Of a stretch of 64,000 nucleotides of DNA, positions 11,825 through 26,300 are shown one piece after another. The stretch covers positions 28,954,001 to 29,018,000 of the forward strand of contig OX597842.1 in NCBI GenBank assembly GCA_951406725.2, given 5' to 3'. This stretch comes from Octopus vulgaris (lineage: Eukaryota). Position 1 is the first letter of the stretch. Every line of letters begins with the position of its first letter. The translations under genes and the position numbers were made by a program. The notes beneath the pieces were generated by a model. That model made no database searches. It had not been told where the DNA came from and was given only the letters and a program-made list of their open reading frames with translations.

Positions 11825-14800
11825 GTTTGTATGTATATATAGTGAGAGTTTAGAGAAAATCAAAATCAAAATCGATCAACATCAATGGAAATTGTAGCTG
11901 TGATACCAGTGTTGGTGGCACGTAAAAGAACCATCCGAACATGGCTGTTGCCTGCGCCGCCCTGACTGGCCTCCGTGCCGGTGGCACGTAAAAAGCACCC
12001 ACTACACTCACGGAGTGGTTGGCATTAGGAAGGTCATCCAGCTGTAGAAACACTGCCAGATCAGACTGGAGCCTGGTGCAGCCTCCTGGCTTCCCAGACC
12101 CCAGTTGAACCGTCCAAGCTGTGCCAGCATGGAAAGTGGACAATGATGATGATGAAAAGCTGGAGATGGGTGAAGGAAAAATAAGCAGATGTTTTAGTTT
12201 AATGCTTGGGAAAAAAGGAAAAGTCTTTGATGTTTTAAGCCTATACCTTTCAACAGAAAGGAATAAGGGGAAGAAAACCATAAAACGGGGAGAGAAAGGA
12301 ATCTGTAGGGATTAACGGCTGAACATAATGATGTTTCATCATCACCAGCATCATCATCCTCCTCCTCATCATCATCCTCCTCCTCATCATCATCATCATT
12401 TAATGTCCATCTTCCATGCATGGGTCGGGTGGTTGACAGGTGGCAGCCAAGTAGAGAATCTACCCTAGTTTATTGTTTGTTATGGCAGGGATTTTATGGC
12501 TGGATGCCCTTCTTAACCCCAACCACTCTGCAGAGCAAAGTCAATGCTTTTTACAGGGCACTAGCACATGTGAAGTTAGTTTTGGTAAGATTTTTACAGC
12601 TGGATGCCCTTCCAAGTGGCAGCCACTTCACAGTGCAGACTGGATGCTTTTAATGTGGCACCTACACTGGCAAGGTCAGCACGTAACTCACAAGACAAGG
12701 AATTATGAGAAGGGCAGGGCATTTGAGGAGGGGACCTTGTGTCTGGGGAAGAAAGGTTAGAGTGTGACAGAGAGAGACAGAAGAAGGGGTCTTGCCACAA
12801 CGGAGGGGGCATTAGAGGAGGTAACTCGGGATCAAATGAGTGTAACGGAGAAATAAAGAGACAGAAATAGGCATCTTGCTATAGACGAGGTATATTTTGA
12901 TACACACACACACACACACACACATTTATATGTATGCCTTTATACATCTACTCATTTCTGTTTCTTTCTGCCTTTTCCAGAGAAGTCCAAACTCTTCGAC
13001 CAGAAGTAAGGACTTCCCCAGAAATCCACTTTGCTCTTCAGGTATACTCGGCCCTCAACAGTAACAATTACATCAAGTTTTTCAAACTGGCACGTACGGC
13101 CACTTTCCTTAGTTCCTGCATCATCCATCGCTATTTTATGCAGGTTCGCAGTAAAGCATTGAGGATTCTCCGCAAGGCTCTCACCTTTGGAGCGAAACCT
13201 GTCCCCGTGAGTAAACAACAACAACAACAACAATTGTTGCCTTTGTTTCTTTATTTTTTGTGCTTGGTTGACCATTCAGCACCACCGCTATTACTACCAC
13301 CACCACCATCACCACTACAACTTCAACTAGTACCACCACCACACCACCATCACCACTACAACTTCAACTAGTACCACCACACCACCACCATCACCACTAC
13401 AACTTCAACTAGTACCACCACCACACCACCTCCTTCACCACTACAACTTCAACTAGTACCACCACCACACCACCTCCTTCACCACCATCACCACTACAAC
13501 TTCAACTAGTACCACCACACCACCACCATCACCACTACAACTTCAACTAGTACCACCACCACACCACCTCCTTCACCACTACAACTTCAACTAGTACCAC
13601 CACCACACCACCTCCTTCACCACCATCACCACTACAACTTCAACTAGTACCACCACCACACCACCTCCTTCACCACCATCACCACTACAACTTCAACTAG
13701 TACCACCACACCACCACCATCACCACTACAACTTCAACTAGTACCACCACCACACCACCTCCTTCACCACCATCACCACTACAACTTCAACTAGTACCAC
13801 CACCACACCACCTCCTTCACCACCATCACCACTACAACTTCAACTAGTACCACCACCACACCACCACCTTCACCACCATCACCACTACAACTTCAACTAG
13901 TACCACCACCACACCACCTCCTTCACCACCATCACCACTACAACTTCAACTAGTACCACCACCTTCACTACTATCACCACTACTGCTACTATTATCACCA
14001 CTGCAACCACCACCACGCCACCTTCTCCACTACTATTACTACCATCACTCTACAATACCAATGTTTCTTCCTCACCAGTCCAACTCAGTAATTATACCAT
14101 TAGCACTAACCCCCCCCCACTCACCCATGCACTGCTTCTTCCCATCTTCACCATTTTAATGGTGGGATTCACTCTTTCTTCGGTCTTCTGTGAAAAATGA
14201 TTCCATCATTTCGTTAGTATTAAACCTTCACAAACGATTTTACTTCTTCTGTTTGTGTGTGTGTGTGTGTGTGTGCCTTGTGTAAAATGTTGATATGATT
14301 GCAGAGCGATGTGGGATAAAGTGTGTTGCTCAAGGATACAACACACTGCTTTGTCTAGGAATTGAAACCACAACCTTGCTTTCTTGAGTACAATACATTA
14401 AACAGTAATACATGTGCATCCATGTGTGTGTGAGAGAGAGAGAGAGATGTATAAATTGTTGTGGTCATTGCTGGTGCCTTGTAAATGGCCCCCACCCATG
14501 AATGATTGTCGTGGCCATTGCTGGTGTTATGTAAATGGCCTTTGTGGTGGTTGTGGCACATAAAAGCATCCATTATGCTTCAGTAGTGGTTGGTGTTAGG
14601 AAGGGCATCAAGCCATAGAAACCTCACCAAACCAAACTGGAACCTGGTGTCGCTCTCTGGCTCATCCGCTCCAGTCAAACCGTTTAATCCATGCCAGCAC
14701 GGAGCGCGGACATTAAATGATGATGATGAGATGTATATAGTGTGGCTGTGAAGTAAGAAGTTTGCTTTCCGTCCACATGGTTCTGGGTTCATTCCCACTG

Positions 14801-17800
14801 TTTGACACTTTGATTAGTTGCCTTCTACTGTAGCCCAAAACCAACGAAAGCTTTGCTAGTGGATTTGTAGACAGAAAATCAAAGAAGCCCATCATGTCTG
14901 TATATATATCCAAAATATTTGTGCCAAAAAGTGTTCAGGTTAAATTATGTTCATTTTTCAACTGCTAAAGGCTGATTCACTTTAGTTTCCATGGAGAAAA
15001 TGTTCTCTTGCGGTAAAAAAGTGTAAAAACATCATATCTGTCCTGTGTCACCATCTGTCAGGATGTCAGACATCGATGTTTGTAGCTCGTTAGCTGTTAT
15101 CAGTGGGACACACCTAAGAGAAGCAACTCTGGAGGGACCTTATAAAGTTTTAGCTTTATCTAAAATACAATCAACAACTTTGACTGATTCGCACCAGTAG
15201 ACCACCTGGTCATGGAAATTACCATTGATAACAGGTAAGGAGTGAGAAACATCAATGTCTGTTTAGATGGCAACAATTGACAGGTATTGTGTTTTTACAC
15301 CTTTTTACCATAAGAGAAAATTCTCTCCAAGAACTGCAGTGAATTTGCCTTTTAGTAGTTAGTTTCATTTTTGCTTAATTTAGATGACAATTGCCTTTTA
15401 GCAGTTGAAATATGTCTTACACCTATACATACTAGGTTTAAAAAAAGTACCGATGTCAAGTCATTTGACTAAAGTTCTTCAAGGTGGTGCCCCAGCATGG
15501 CCACAGACTAATGACTGAAACAAGTAAAAGAAAAAAATATACATAGGCACAGGAGTGGCTGTGTGTTAAGTAACTTACTTACCAACCACATGGTTCTGGG
15601 TTCAGTCCCACTGTGTGGCACCTTGGGCAAGTGTCTTCTACTATAGCCTTATGCGGACCAATGCCTTGTGAGTGGATTTGGTAGATGAAACTGAAAGAAG
15701 GCCATTTTATATGTGTTTGTTTGTCCCTCCAACATCGTTTGACAACCGATGTTGGTGTGTTTACGTCCCCCATAACTTAGCAGTTTGGCAAAAGGACTGA
15801 AACAAGTAAAAGAAAATGATATATATATGTATACAGGGTAGGGTGAATAAATTGTTGTCTAAATTATGCAAAACTGAAACTAACGCTGACTTCTCATATT
15901 AACAGATATATTTACCAAAATGACATAAAAATATCTTGAAATACTAAAGAGTAAACTTATTCAATAAAATTCCCATTCGTTTCAACCACAGCTTCCAGAT
16001 ATCTTCAGAATCTCCTGCAACTCTTCTGGATGGTCTCCTTGTTTAAGGTGGTCAATACTGCTATAACCCTTCATCTTTGGTGTTACCAGGAGTTTTGTTG
16101 GTCTCTCACTCAACTGTGTCCCACACATAATAATCAATGGAGTTGCAGTCTGGAGAGTTAGGTGGCCAGATTTTAGGGGTGATGTGGTCGCAGAAATTGT
16201 CTGACAGCCGTGACTGGGTTCTCCTGCTTGTGTGGCAATGGTGCAGAGTCTTGTTGCCAGATATAGGGTCTTTAAGCAGCCACCCTCTTGACTTGGGGCA
16301 GCACTATCTCCTCCAAGCACTTTATGTAGGCCTCTGTGTTGAGTCTGAGGCCATGTGGGAAGATGAATGGAGGCATAACGCTTCCATCACTAGTGATCAC
16401 TCCAGACACCATGATGTTGACTGGATGTTTGATTTGTTATCACTCTCCGTACATGTCCTCAGACTGACGCCCAAACATTCTGAAATGTTTGTATTGGAGC
16501 TTCTGGCTTGAATGCCAAGCAGTACAACATGTCATTTCCAAATATCTGCTGGAGTGAATTTTACATTATTTACATTTGACGGATATTTGTCCTCATCTTG
16601 TGTGTTGTTAACAGAATGTTTCGGCTGATATTCCCTCCAGTCTTCGTCAGGTGTCTTGGGGGAAATTTTGAACCTGGGTTCTCATTCGTAAGATATTTTT
16701 CAATGTTATTATTATTATAGTTATTATTCAGGTCACTGCTTGGAATTGAACTTGGAATCTTAGGGTTAGTAGCCTGCACTCTTAACCTCTATGCCATATG
16801 CCCGAGTAAATTGTGTCATGGTGCTGTTTTTCTCACAGACAGTGCCCAACTGACCCTACTATGCTGTGTAGTCAACAAAATCAAAAATAAACTTATGTGC
16901 ATGCACAAAATTAAAAATATAAAATGGCGAGAATTTCCTATTGCTCCCTGTACACACACACACACACACACACACAGAGCTATGGATAGTTAGGGTTGAC
17001 TTTACACTCATAAATGACAGATGAGGTTTTTGCAATTTTTAGGTCACTCTCTCCATCAGATCATCATTGCAAAAACAGGTGCAATACAGGTGTACCATTT
17101 GTCAGGTGTTGAAGTGATTGCAGAACAACATCAAATGAGGTGGTTTGCTAAAGAACACCATGCTCCATCTGGTGGCCTGCGAATTGCAGCACACTTATCA
17201 CTTGGCCCCTCCCCTTCAGTGCACCCTTACAACCACCAACACTACCCTGTTCTCTCTCTTTCTCTCTTACAGTACCCACTCAGTGAACTGGTACGTACCC
17301 TATGTTTTGAGTCGACCAGTGAGGCTGGAAGCTTTTGCAGGCATTACGGTTTCACAGTCGAAGGTTCGGAAGTCCTCCTTGACCGTTCGTCATTTATTGA
17401 GCCTGAGGTTGCTCCATGTCTGGTCCGAGCAGTGAACTTCATAGAATCCAAATGTACCCAACCAATTGGTGAGGTAAGTATGAATGGGCTTTGCTTCAGG
17501 GCAGGTTTAAGGTGGGGCTTGGGTTTAGGGTGGGGTTTGAGTTTTAGGGTGGGGCTTGAGTTTAGGGTGGAGCTTGGATTTAGGGTAGGGCTTGAGTTTA
17601 GGGTGGGGCTTGAGTTCAGGATGGGGTTTGGATTTAGGGCGGGGCTTGGGTTCAGGGTGGAGTTTGAGTTTAGGTTAGGGCTTGAGTTTTAGGGTGGGGC
17701 TTGAGTTTTAGGGTGGGGCTTGAGTTCAGGATGGGGTTTGGATTTAGGGCGGGGCTTGGGTTTAGGGTTTGGCTTTGGTTCACTGCATTGCTTTGGTTCA

Positions 17801-18615
17801 GGGCATGGCTTTGGTTCTTGGCAAGGCTTGGATTCAGTTCAGGGATTTGTTTTGAAGTGGGGTTCCAGTTTAGAGCAGGACTTTTGTTCAGGGCAGGGTT
17901 TGACAATAAAGGTGTTTGTGTCATACACAAGAAGAACTGTTGAAATATTTTCTCTGAAGCCGGGTGAAATAAGAGATCCCTTACTTGCAAAAGATGGTAA
18001 TGGTTAGGAACAGGAAGTGCACATGGCTGTAAAAACAATGCCTCAGTAATGTCTTTGTATTCGCCAGTGGTTTTCAAACAGGTCTCTATAATCCTGGGGT
18101 TCATATAAGATTTGTATGTCCAGTAAATTGGTTATATATGCAGTCCATTTGGCTTTATGCTGTGCATGAGAAGAAGACCCATCAAGCCGAGCAAAATCAC
18201 AGTCATGGCAGATACCGGAGCCATGCAAATGGCACCTTTGCTGGTGGCACATAAACGCATCCGTTACACACTTGGAGCGGTTGGCGTTAGGAAGGGAATT
18301 CAGCCGTAGAAATCATGCCAAATCAGACTGGGGTTTTGTGCAACTTTCCAACTTGCCAGCCCTGGTGGTCAAACCATCCAACCCATGCCAGCATGAACAA
18401 TGGATGTTAAATGATGATGATGATGAGGATGATACAGTACACTACATAGGCGTAGGAGTGGCTGTGTGGTAAGTAGCTTGCTTACGAACCACATGGTTCT
18501 GGGTTCAGTCCCACTGCGTGGCACCTTGGGCAACTGTCTTCTGTTATAACCTCGGGCCAACCAAAGCCTTGTGAGTGGATTTGGTAGACGGAAACTGAAA
18601 GAAGCCCGTTGTATG

Positions 18616-18666
<51 letters not shown>

Positions 18667-20331
18667 ATGTTTATGTGTTGTGTTTGTCCTCCCCCCCATT
18701 GCTTTACAACTGATGCTGGTGTGTTTACGTCCCCGTAACTTAGCGGTTCGGCAAAAGAGATAGATAGAATAAGTACTAGGCTTACAAAGAATAAGTCCTG
18801 GGGTCAATTTCCTCGACTAAAGGCGGTGCTCCAGCATGACTGAAATGAGTAAATGAGATATTTCAGCAAATCCTACTATTACTTAATTCTTAAGATATAA
18901 TAGGTATGTGTATATGAAAAATCGAAATCGATCAACATCAATGGAAATTGTGGTTGGGATACCAGTGCTGGTGGCATGTAAGAGAACCATCCGATCGTGG
19001 CCATTGCTAGCCCCGTCTGGCCTCCGTGCTGGTGGCAGGTAAAAAGCACCCACTACACTCACAGAGTGGTTGGCGTTAGGAAGGGCATCCAGCTGTAGAA
19101 CCACTGCCAGATCAGACTGGAGCCTGGTGCAGCCTCTTGGCTTCCCAAACCCCAGTCAAACTGTCCAACCCATGCTAGCATAGAAAACGGATGTTAAACG
19201 ATGGTGATGGTGATGATGATTTAAGCATTTTATCTGATCGAATTCATTCTATGGTTGCAGAACTGTTTCTGGAGGGAAATGCAATCTTTCAGGATGATAA
19301 CGCACCAATTCACACATCTAAAGTTGTTACTGAATGGCACGAGGAACATTCGAGTGAAGTTGAACATCTTATCTGGCCACCACCATCCCCAGATCTCAAT
19401 ATTATTGAACATTTATGGTGCACTAGCAGTATAGCCTGGTGTTTCCTGGGATTAATTAGGATTATTAAGCTAATCAAGCTCTTTGTTTCAATCCAAACTA
19501 AGTTATACCTTGTGTGAAATTTGAGTGAAATCCATTGAAGTTGGTAAACGTTTGGCTGAGAATGGGTTGCAGACAATTTGATCAGGAAATCCTATAAGGA
19601 ATCGGTTTATCGATTTTTCCACTCATTGATTGTTTTTTGTTTTTTGGAGAACTTAAAACATTCAAAGATCCCATGAGTCCTAAGTAACACCAGCATCAAG
19701 TTTGAACAAAATACATCAAAATTAGTAAAAGTTGTGATTGAAAATGGGGTGAAGCCAATTTTAGTGGGAAATCCTATAAGGAATTGATTTATCATTTTTT
19801 CATCCTGATTGAATGGAAAACCCCATAAGGAATCATTTATTGAATTTTCACCCCCAAATAGAACTTAAGCAAACACAACTTTGCTGATTCAAAAAATCTA
19901 TATTTATACTTTAAAGTTGGTTTTCACACCTACCCCAGTTCTGCAGAATCAGGGTCACGACGGAAACACATGGGTTGGGAGGTGATCAGGTTGCATGTGT
20001 CGACCCTTTCGAAAGCTCCCCCATCATCTAACTCCCTTTGGCCCATGGGTTGAACCCTTCTGACAAGGAAAATAGAATGCCCAAAAGGGCTCCCGATTTT
20101 CTGTGTCAGAAGAGGTTATGTTCAGATCACAACTAAGCCGTAACCTAAGCCAACCTGGCGAAAGGGGGCTTGGGAGCTTCTAGAAGGCAACAACTAATCC
20201 CGATCTAGTCCTAACCCCTCTTAGGGGTACTATCAGTCAAGGCTGCATCAAAGATCTGCATTGGAGAAGGTTGCCACAAGAGTTCACCATTATAATAATT
20301 ACACTGTCCAGAGAACGGGTGCATTTGCTAG

Positions 20332-20379
<48 letters not shown>

Positions 20380-23300
20380 CACACACACACATATACATAT
20401 ACAAAATGTGGGGACTGAAACGTTCCTGGCTTAAGGGTATTATGAAATGACTTGTTGGAGGCCCAATTTTCTAAGTCCTTTTACAGAGCTTACAAAAACT
20501 GAAGGACCACTGCAATATGTGTGGGAATCTGAGAAGGGGAATATGTTGAATAGAATCATCTTCCTGTGTTTTCATTTACTCAAAGCCAGGAACTATTCAG
20601 GGTCACCTTGCGTATACATGTGTATGTTTGTGTGTATATAAATCTACATACATTTATAATGTGGATATTTTGAAACATGACCTTGTGTGACCTATCTTTG
20701 TATCTCTCTCTTGACAGGTGATCAACGGAGGTCCTTTAGAGCCTGTCAAACTTCCAAACCCCATAAACAGCTTTGACGAAGATGGCAACCTGAAGCAGGA
20801 AGCTCTGTCTAAAGAAGGTAATATTTGTGGCATTGGGTTTTGTTATCTGGCAACACATGGTGCCATTTGTCTTGGCTCACTGTCACACTTCTTCGTCTCT
20901 TGAGATACACACACACACACACACACTGTTGTGTCTGGGGAGAGTCATTCTCTTTTTGTGCCTTATTATTTAAAACACTCACCGGTAAAATTTCCACTTA
21001 TTTCTTATTTTTATTTTCATAAAATTTTCGTTTTTTTTTCAGTCGCATATCTTTATATATAAAAGAGAAGTTGTGTGTCTGTCTCCTACGATTTAGATTC
21101 CTAACTCCTCCCACATTTTGCTGTGCAGTTTAACCAAAAGCGGGTATCTTATAGTCGTGATTCATATCGAGCCCTTCTGGGTATTAGTGCGCGTCTATGA
21201 TGAGTCTACGATTTAAAAAAAAATTTACCATAATTTTTTCCCATTTTTAATGCATTTTTTCTCGGTTTTATATAAGGGAAGTAACTCTCTAAAAATGCTT
21301 ATATAGTTATTTCCCTTACAAACCCGAGCAACGCCGGGCGATACTGCTAGTTATATATAAATGAAAGCTCATTAAAAACCATCTTGTTTAGCATGCTAGA
21401 AATAGCAGCGATCACATAGATCAACGCTTATAGCGTTCCAAGAAGCCATACCAACAAAATCTCTTCTTCGTTTAAAAAAAAAAAATTATACTAAAGAATT
21501 TTCATTTTATCAAAAATATTCATTTAACAAACTCCGGAAACTGATAATATTATTGAAATTGTGTCTTGTATCAAAGTTATATAGCTTTTATCAGGTTATC
21601 ATTAATGAAAATAGAGGCAAGTGAGAATGAGAGACTGATGTAAATAAAAACGTATAAAGTTGCCTGGAATGAATTAATTGTGTTTATTATTAAACATTAA
21701 AATTTACTCTGCAGTGAATGCAATGAATATTTAAATTTGCAAGAATTTAGAGTTAAAATAATTGAACAAACTTCAGAAATTGACATTATAAACAATTTCT
21801 TAGAACATGAATTTATGAAAATATTTCCAGACGTTTTAAGCTCTTAATATTGCCTTCTTTTGTACTTTTAGTAATTGTTACATACCTAATTAATAATCAG
21901 TTTTCTCCATTATAGTATAGATGTATGTCTGTCTGTCTGTCTAATACACACACACACACACACACACATTTATATAGACATTTATATATATAAATATACC
22001 AAGGAAATGACTAGTGACCGAGACCTTTGGAAATATGCCGTGCATGAGAAGACCCGGCAAGCCAAATGAAACCATAATCTCATGGCCTATGCCAGGGGCG
22101 TAATCGACCCACTTGTGCATAACCTTTTTGCTTCTTTGGTCACTAAACTCTGCTTGCGAAGACCTGTTGAGGCAAGTGAAATCAAATCAATCAAAATCAA
22201 AATCAAATTCGATGACTGGCATCCGTGCTGGCAGGGTGCAAAGAGCACCATACGAGTGTGATCGTTGACAGAGTGGCTAACCGGCTTCCGTGCCAGTGGC
22301 ACTTAAAGGGCACCATACGAGTGTGATCGTTGACAGAGTGGCTAACCGGCTTCCGTGCCAGTGGGACTTAAAGGGCACCATTCGAGTGTGATCGTTACCA
22401 GCATCGCCTTACTGGTACTTGTGCCCATGCTACTAGGGTGCCAAGAGCACCATCCGAGCTTGGTCATTGCCAGAGCAGCCAACTGGCTTCCGTGCCAGTG
22501 GCACATAAAAGGGCATGATCATTACCAAAGTCACCTTACTGGCACCTGTGCTGGTGGCATGTGTAAAAGGATTCGTGTGAGGTCGCTGCCAGTACCACCT
22601 GACTGGCCCCTGTGCCAGTGGGACGTAAAAAGCACCCACTACACTCTCGGAGTGGTTGGCATTAGGAAGGGCATCCAGCTGTAGAAACTTTGCCAAATAA
22701 AGATTGGAGCCTGGTGCAGCCATCTGGTTCGCCAGCCCTCAGTCAAAATCGTCCAACCCATGCTAGCATGGAAAGCGGACGTTAAACGATGATGATGATC
22801 ATTACAATGTATGTGTGTGTATATATAATATATTTACAATGTGTGTATATGTAATATATATATGTGTGTATCTGTCTATGACAGATCCTCACCAACTGAA
22901 TCTGTTCCCTTCACCACAACCATTATCTTGTCATTCTAGTATTGCAAACCTGGAAGGACTCTGTCACCATGGAAGCAGAAACATCCGAGGGTCCAGACAC
23001 ATCTCCACAGCTTCCGTCTGAAACAGCGAAGCCAGCTGCTCCCTGCGACATGCAGCTGGCTGTTGCCTCAGAGGAGACCTTATGGCAGGGATCAGAGCTT
23101 GTGACCTCCAATGCTGAAGTATCATTTGACCCTGCAGTGGCCAGTGTGCAGCAGCAACTGCAAGAACAACACCAACAGAAGACAGCTAAATCAACAGCAA
23201 TATTACTGGTATGTAAAATCGTATTTATGTGTTTATATATGTGTGTGTATATTTGTGTGTGTGTGTGTGTGTTGGCAGAATTGTTAACATGCTGGGCACA

Positions 23301-26300
23301 CAACTGCTCAGCAGCATTTCTTCCATTTTTATGTTCTGGCATCCAGCTGTAGAAACACTGCCAGATCAGACTGGCCTGGTGCAGCCTACTGGCTTCCCAG
23401 ACCCCAGTTGAACCGTCCAACCCATGCTAGCATGGAAAACGGACGTTAAACGATGATGATGATGATGAGTTAAAAATCCATGATGAACACTCTATTTTCC
23501 ATCCTTTCAAGATCGATCAAATAAGTATCACTTGAACAGTAAGGGTTGAATGAAATCGACTTCCCCACCGCACGAAAATTGCTGGCTTTGTGACAAAATT
23601 TGAAACCATTATTATTATTATTACTACCAGGACGAAGGTAGGGAGCTGGTGGAATTATTAGTTTGCCAGGTGAAACACTTAGTGGTATTTTGTTTGCAGC
23701 TACGTTCTGAGTTCAAATTCTGCTGATGTCAGCTTTGCCTCTCATCCTTTTGGGGTCAATAAATTAATTACCAGTGAAACAGTGGGGTTAATGTAATAAA
23801 CTAGTCCCTTCCCCCAAAATTTCAGGCTTTGTGCCTTTAGTAGAAAGGATTACTACGAGCAGGACCTGGGAATATTTCATGGAATTAATGGTAAATTTAT
23901 TGGGTTATTTCTGGAAACTTTATTCCAAAGAATCTGAAAGCGTAACCTAAGTTGGGTCTGTATCAAAAGATAGACCCTCATCTGCTAATCATTGAAAAGT
24001 GAAGGGTTGTCTGATTTATAGAAACTATCAGGACCCATGAATCATCATCATTGTTTAACATCCGTTTTCCATGCTAGCATGGGTTGGATGGTTTGACCGG
24101 GGATCTGGGAAGCCAGAAGGCTGCACCAGGCTCCAGTCTGTTCTAGCAGTGTTTCTATAGCTGGATGCCCATCTTAACGCCAACCACTCCGTAAGTGTAG
24201 TGGGTGCTATTTACATGCCACCAGCACAAGGGCCAGAGGAGGCTGGCAAACGGCCATGATCAGTTGGTGCTTTTACGTGTCACTGACACGGATGCCAGTC
24301 AGGCATAGCTGGCATCAGCCATGTCCAGATGGTGCTTTTTACGTGTCACCAGCACAAGTATCTTAACTATGATTTCCATTTGATTTTTATTTTGATGTTG
24401 GTGTTAACGTACTTGACTCAACAGGTCTCCTCAAGAACAGCGGGTCACTCTGTGAACCAAGGTTGGCACAGCAAGCCATTCTGCGAGCCATGAACTCACT
24501 TCATTTGTCGGGTCTTCACAGTCACAGCATATCTCAGAGGTCTCGGTCTTCATCATTTCCTCTGTGAGGCCCTCCATACCACCGGCACAAGTATCACAAC
24601 TACAATATCCATTCGATTTTTATTTTGATGTTGATGAACTTGACACAATAGGTCTCCTCAAGCACAGCAGGCCTTCCTGCAAGCCATGAACTCACTTCAT
24701 TTGTCGGGTCTTCGAAGTCACAGCATATCTCCAGAGGTCTCGGTCTTTCGTCGTGGCCTCTGTGAGGCCCAACGTTCAAAGGTCATGCTTGACCACCTCA
24801 TCAAGGCTATTCTTATTCTAGTGGTAACTCTCTCTGAGCATCCACCTCCACTACTAACTTGGCCACCCAGGTAGCGGAAGCTATCAACTACTTCTAGTTT
24901 CTTCCCCTGGAGTGTAATGGAATCTGTTTTCTGAGTGTCTGTGCTGTCTATTGCCTCTGTGCATCTGCTGCGCATGAAAGCTATCTTCTCGGTTAATTTT
25001 CCTTTGATGTTGCTGCACCTCTTATGTGTCCATAGCTTACACTGGGTACATCTTATGGAGTTTCTACCTACACTTTTCTACAGATTGAGCAAGGCCACCT
25101 ACCTGAAGGGGTGTGTGGTGAGTTTGCCTTCCTACTTACTAGAACTTTGGTCTTTGCTACATTGACTCTAAGGCCTTTTGATTCTAAACCTAGGTTCCAC
25201 ACACAAAATTTCTTTTCTAGTTCCGGTAGTGATTCTGCTACAAGGACTAGGTTATCAGCATAGAGGGGCTCCCAGGGGCAACTCATCTTGAATTTCTCTG
25301 TTATTGCCTGGAGGACTATGATGAATAGAAGGGGACTGAGGGCTGAGCCTTGGTGGATGCCAACTTCTACCCAGAATTCTTCACTATACTCATTGCCAAT
25401 CCTAACCTTACTAACGGCCTCTTTGTAAAGGGCCTGTACAGCCCTTATTAACCATTCGTCAATCTCCAGTTTCCGCATCGCCCACCAGATAAGGGATCGG
25501 GGCACCCTGTCAAAGGCTTTCTCCAAGTCCACAAAAGCTAAATATAGGGGTTTATCTTTGGCTAGGTATTTTTCCTGCAGTTGTTGAACCAGGAATATGG
25601 CATCAGTGGTGCTTCTACTCAGCACAAAATCGAACTGCATCTGATCTAAGCAGACTCTCTCCCTGATGAGATGGGCTAAGACCTCTTCATGACCGTCATT
25701 ACCTGATCTAGCAGTTTGATACCCCTGTAGTTATTTCTATCTAGAGCATCACCTTTACCCTTGTAGCAGTTGACTATGGTGCTGCTATGCCAGTCGTTGG
25801 GTATGACTCCATTATGAACTACCTGGTTTACAATGTGAGTGACTAGGCCATAGCCCACATAACCAGCTGTTTTAAGCATCTCAGCAGTGATTCCTGATGG
25901 GCCGGGGGCTTTTCCTGGCTTCATACCCTTAATTGCTTTATTTACTAGGGAGCTATCTGTACGGATAGCTGCTCCTTTTACTGGGTCAACATTTGGCAGG
26001 CTTTCCTCCTCCCATTCATTCTCCACATTCAGCAGTCTTTCATAATGGCTTCTCCCAGCCTCTTTCTTTTCAGAATCATTAAAAGCAAGTGCACCATCAT
26101 CCATGCGGACACATTTCTCTCCTGAATATTTCACAGAATTAATGGTAAACCTTTTGGGTTGTTTCTGAAAACTTTATCCACAAAAACCAGAAAGCATGGT
26201 CTGTGTTGTGTCTGTATCAAAAGATAGACCCTCATCTGCTAATCATTGAAAAGTGAAGGAAACTGGAATATGATGATTACTTAATGAACTTTATATACTT

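Noticed and set aside
13285-13975. Mucin-like Thr/Pro coding exon
   Set aside because: Variable unit lengths shift frame, a recurring TAG closes one frame, and exons 6 and 7 join in phase without it.
22885-23021. Alternative acceptor GACAG/ at 22884 for exon 9
   Set aside because: Gives a frameshift and TGA at 23019-23021; the 22939 acceptor keeps the frame. Use as a minor NMD isoform cannot be judged from sequence.
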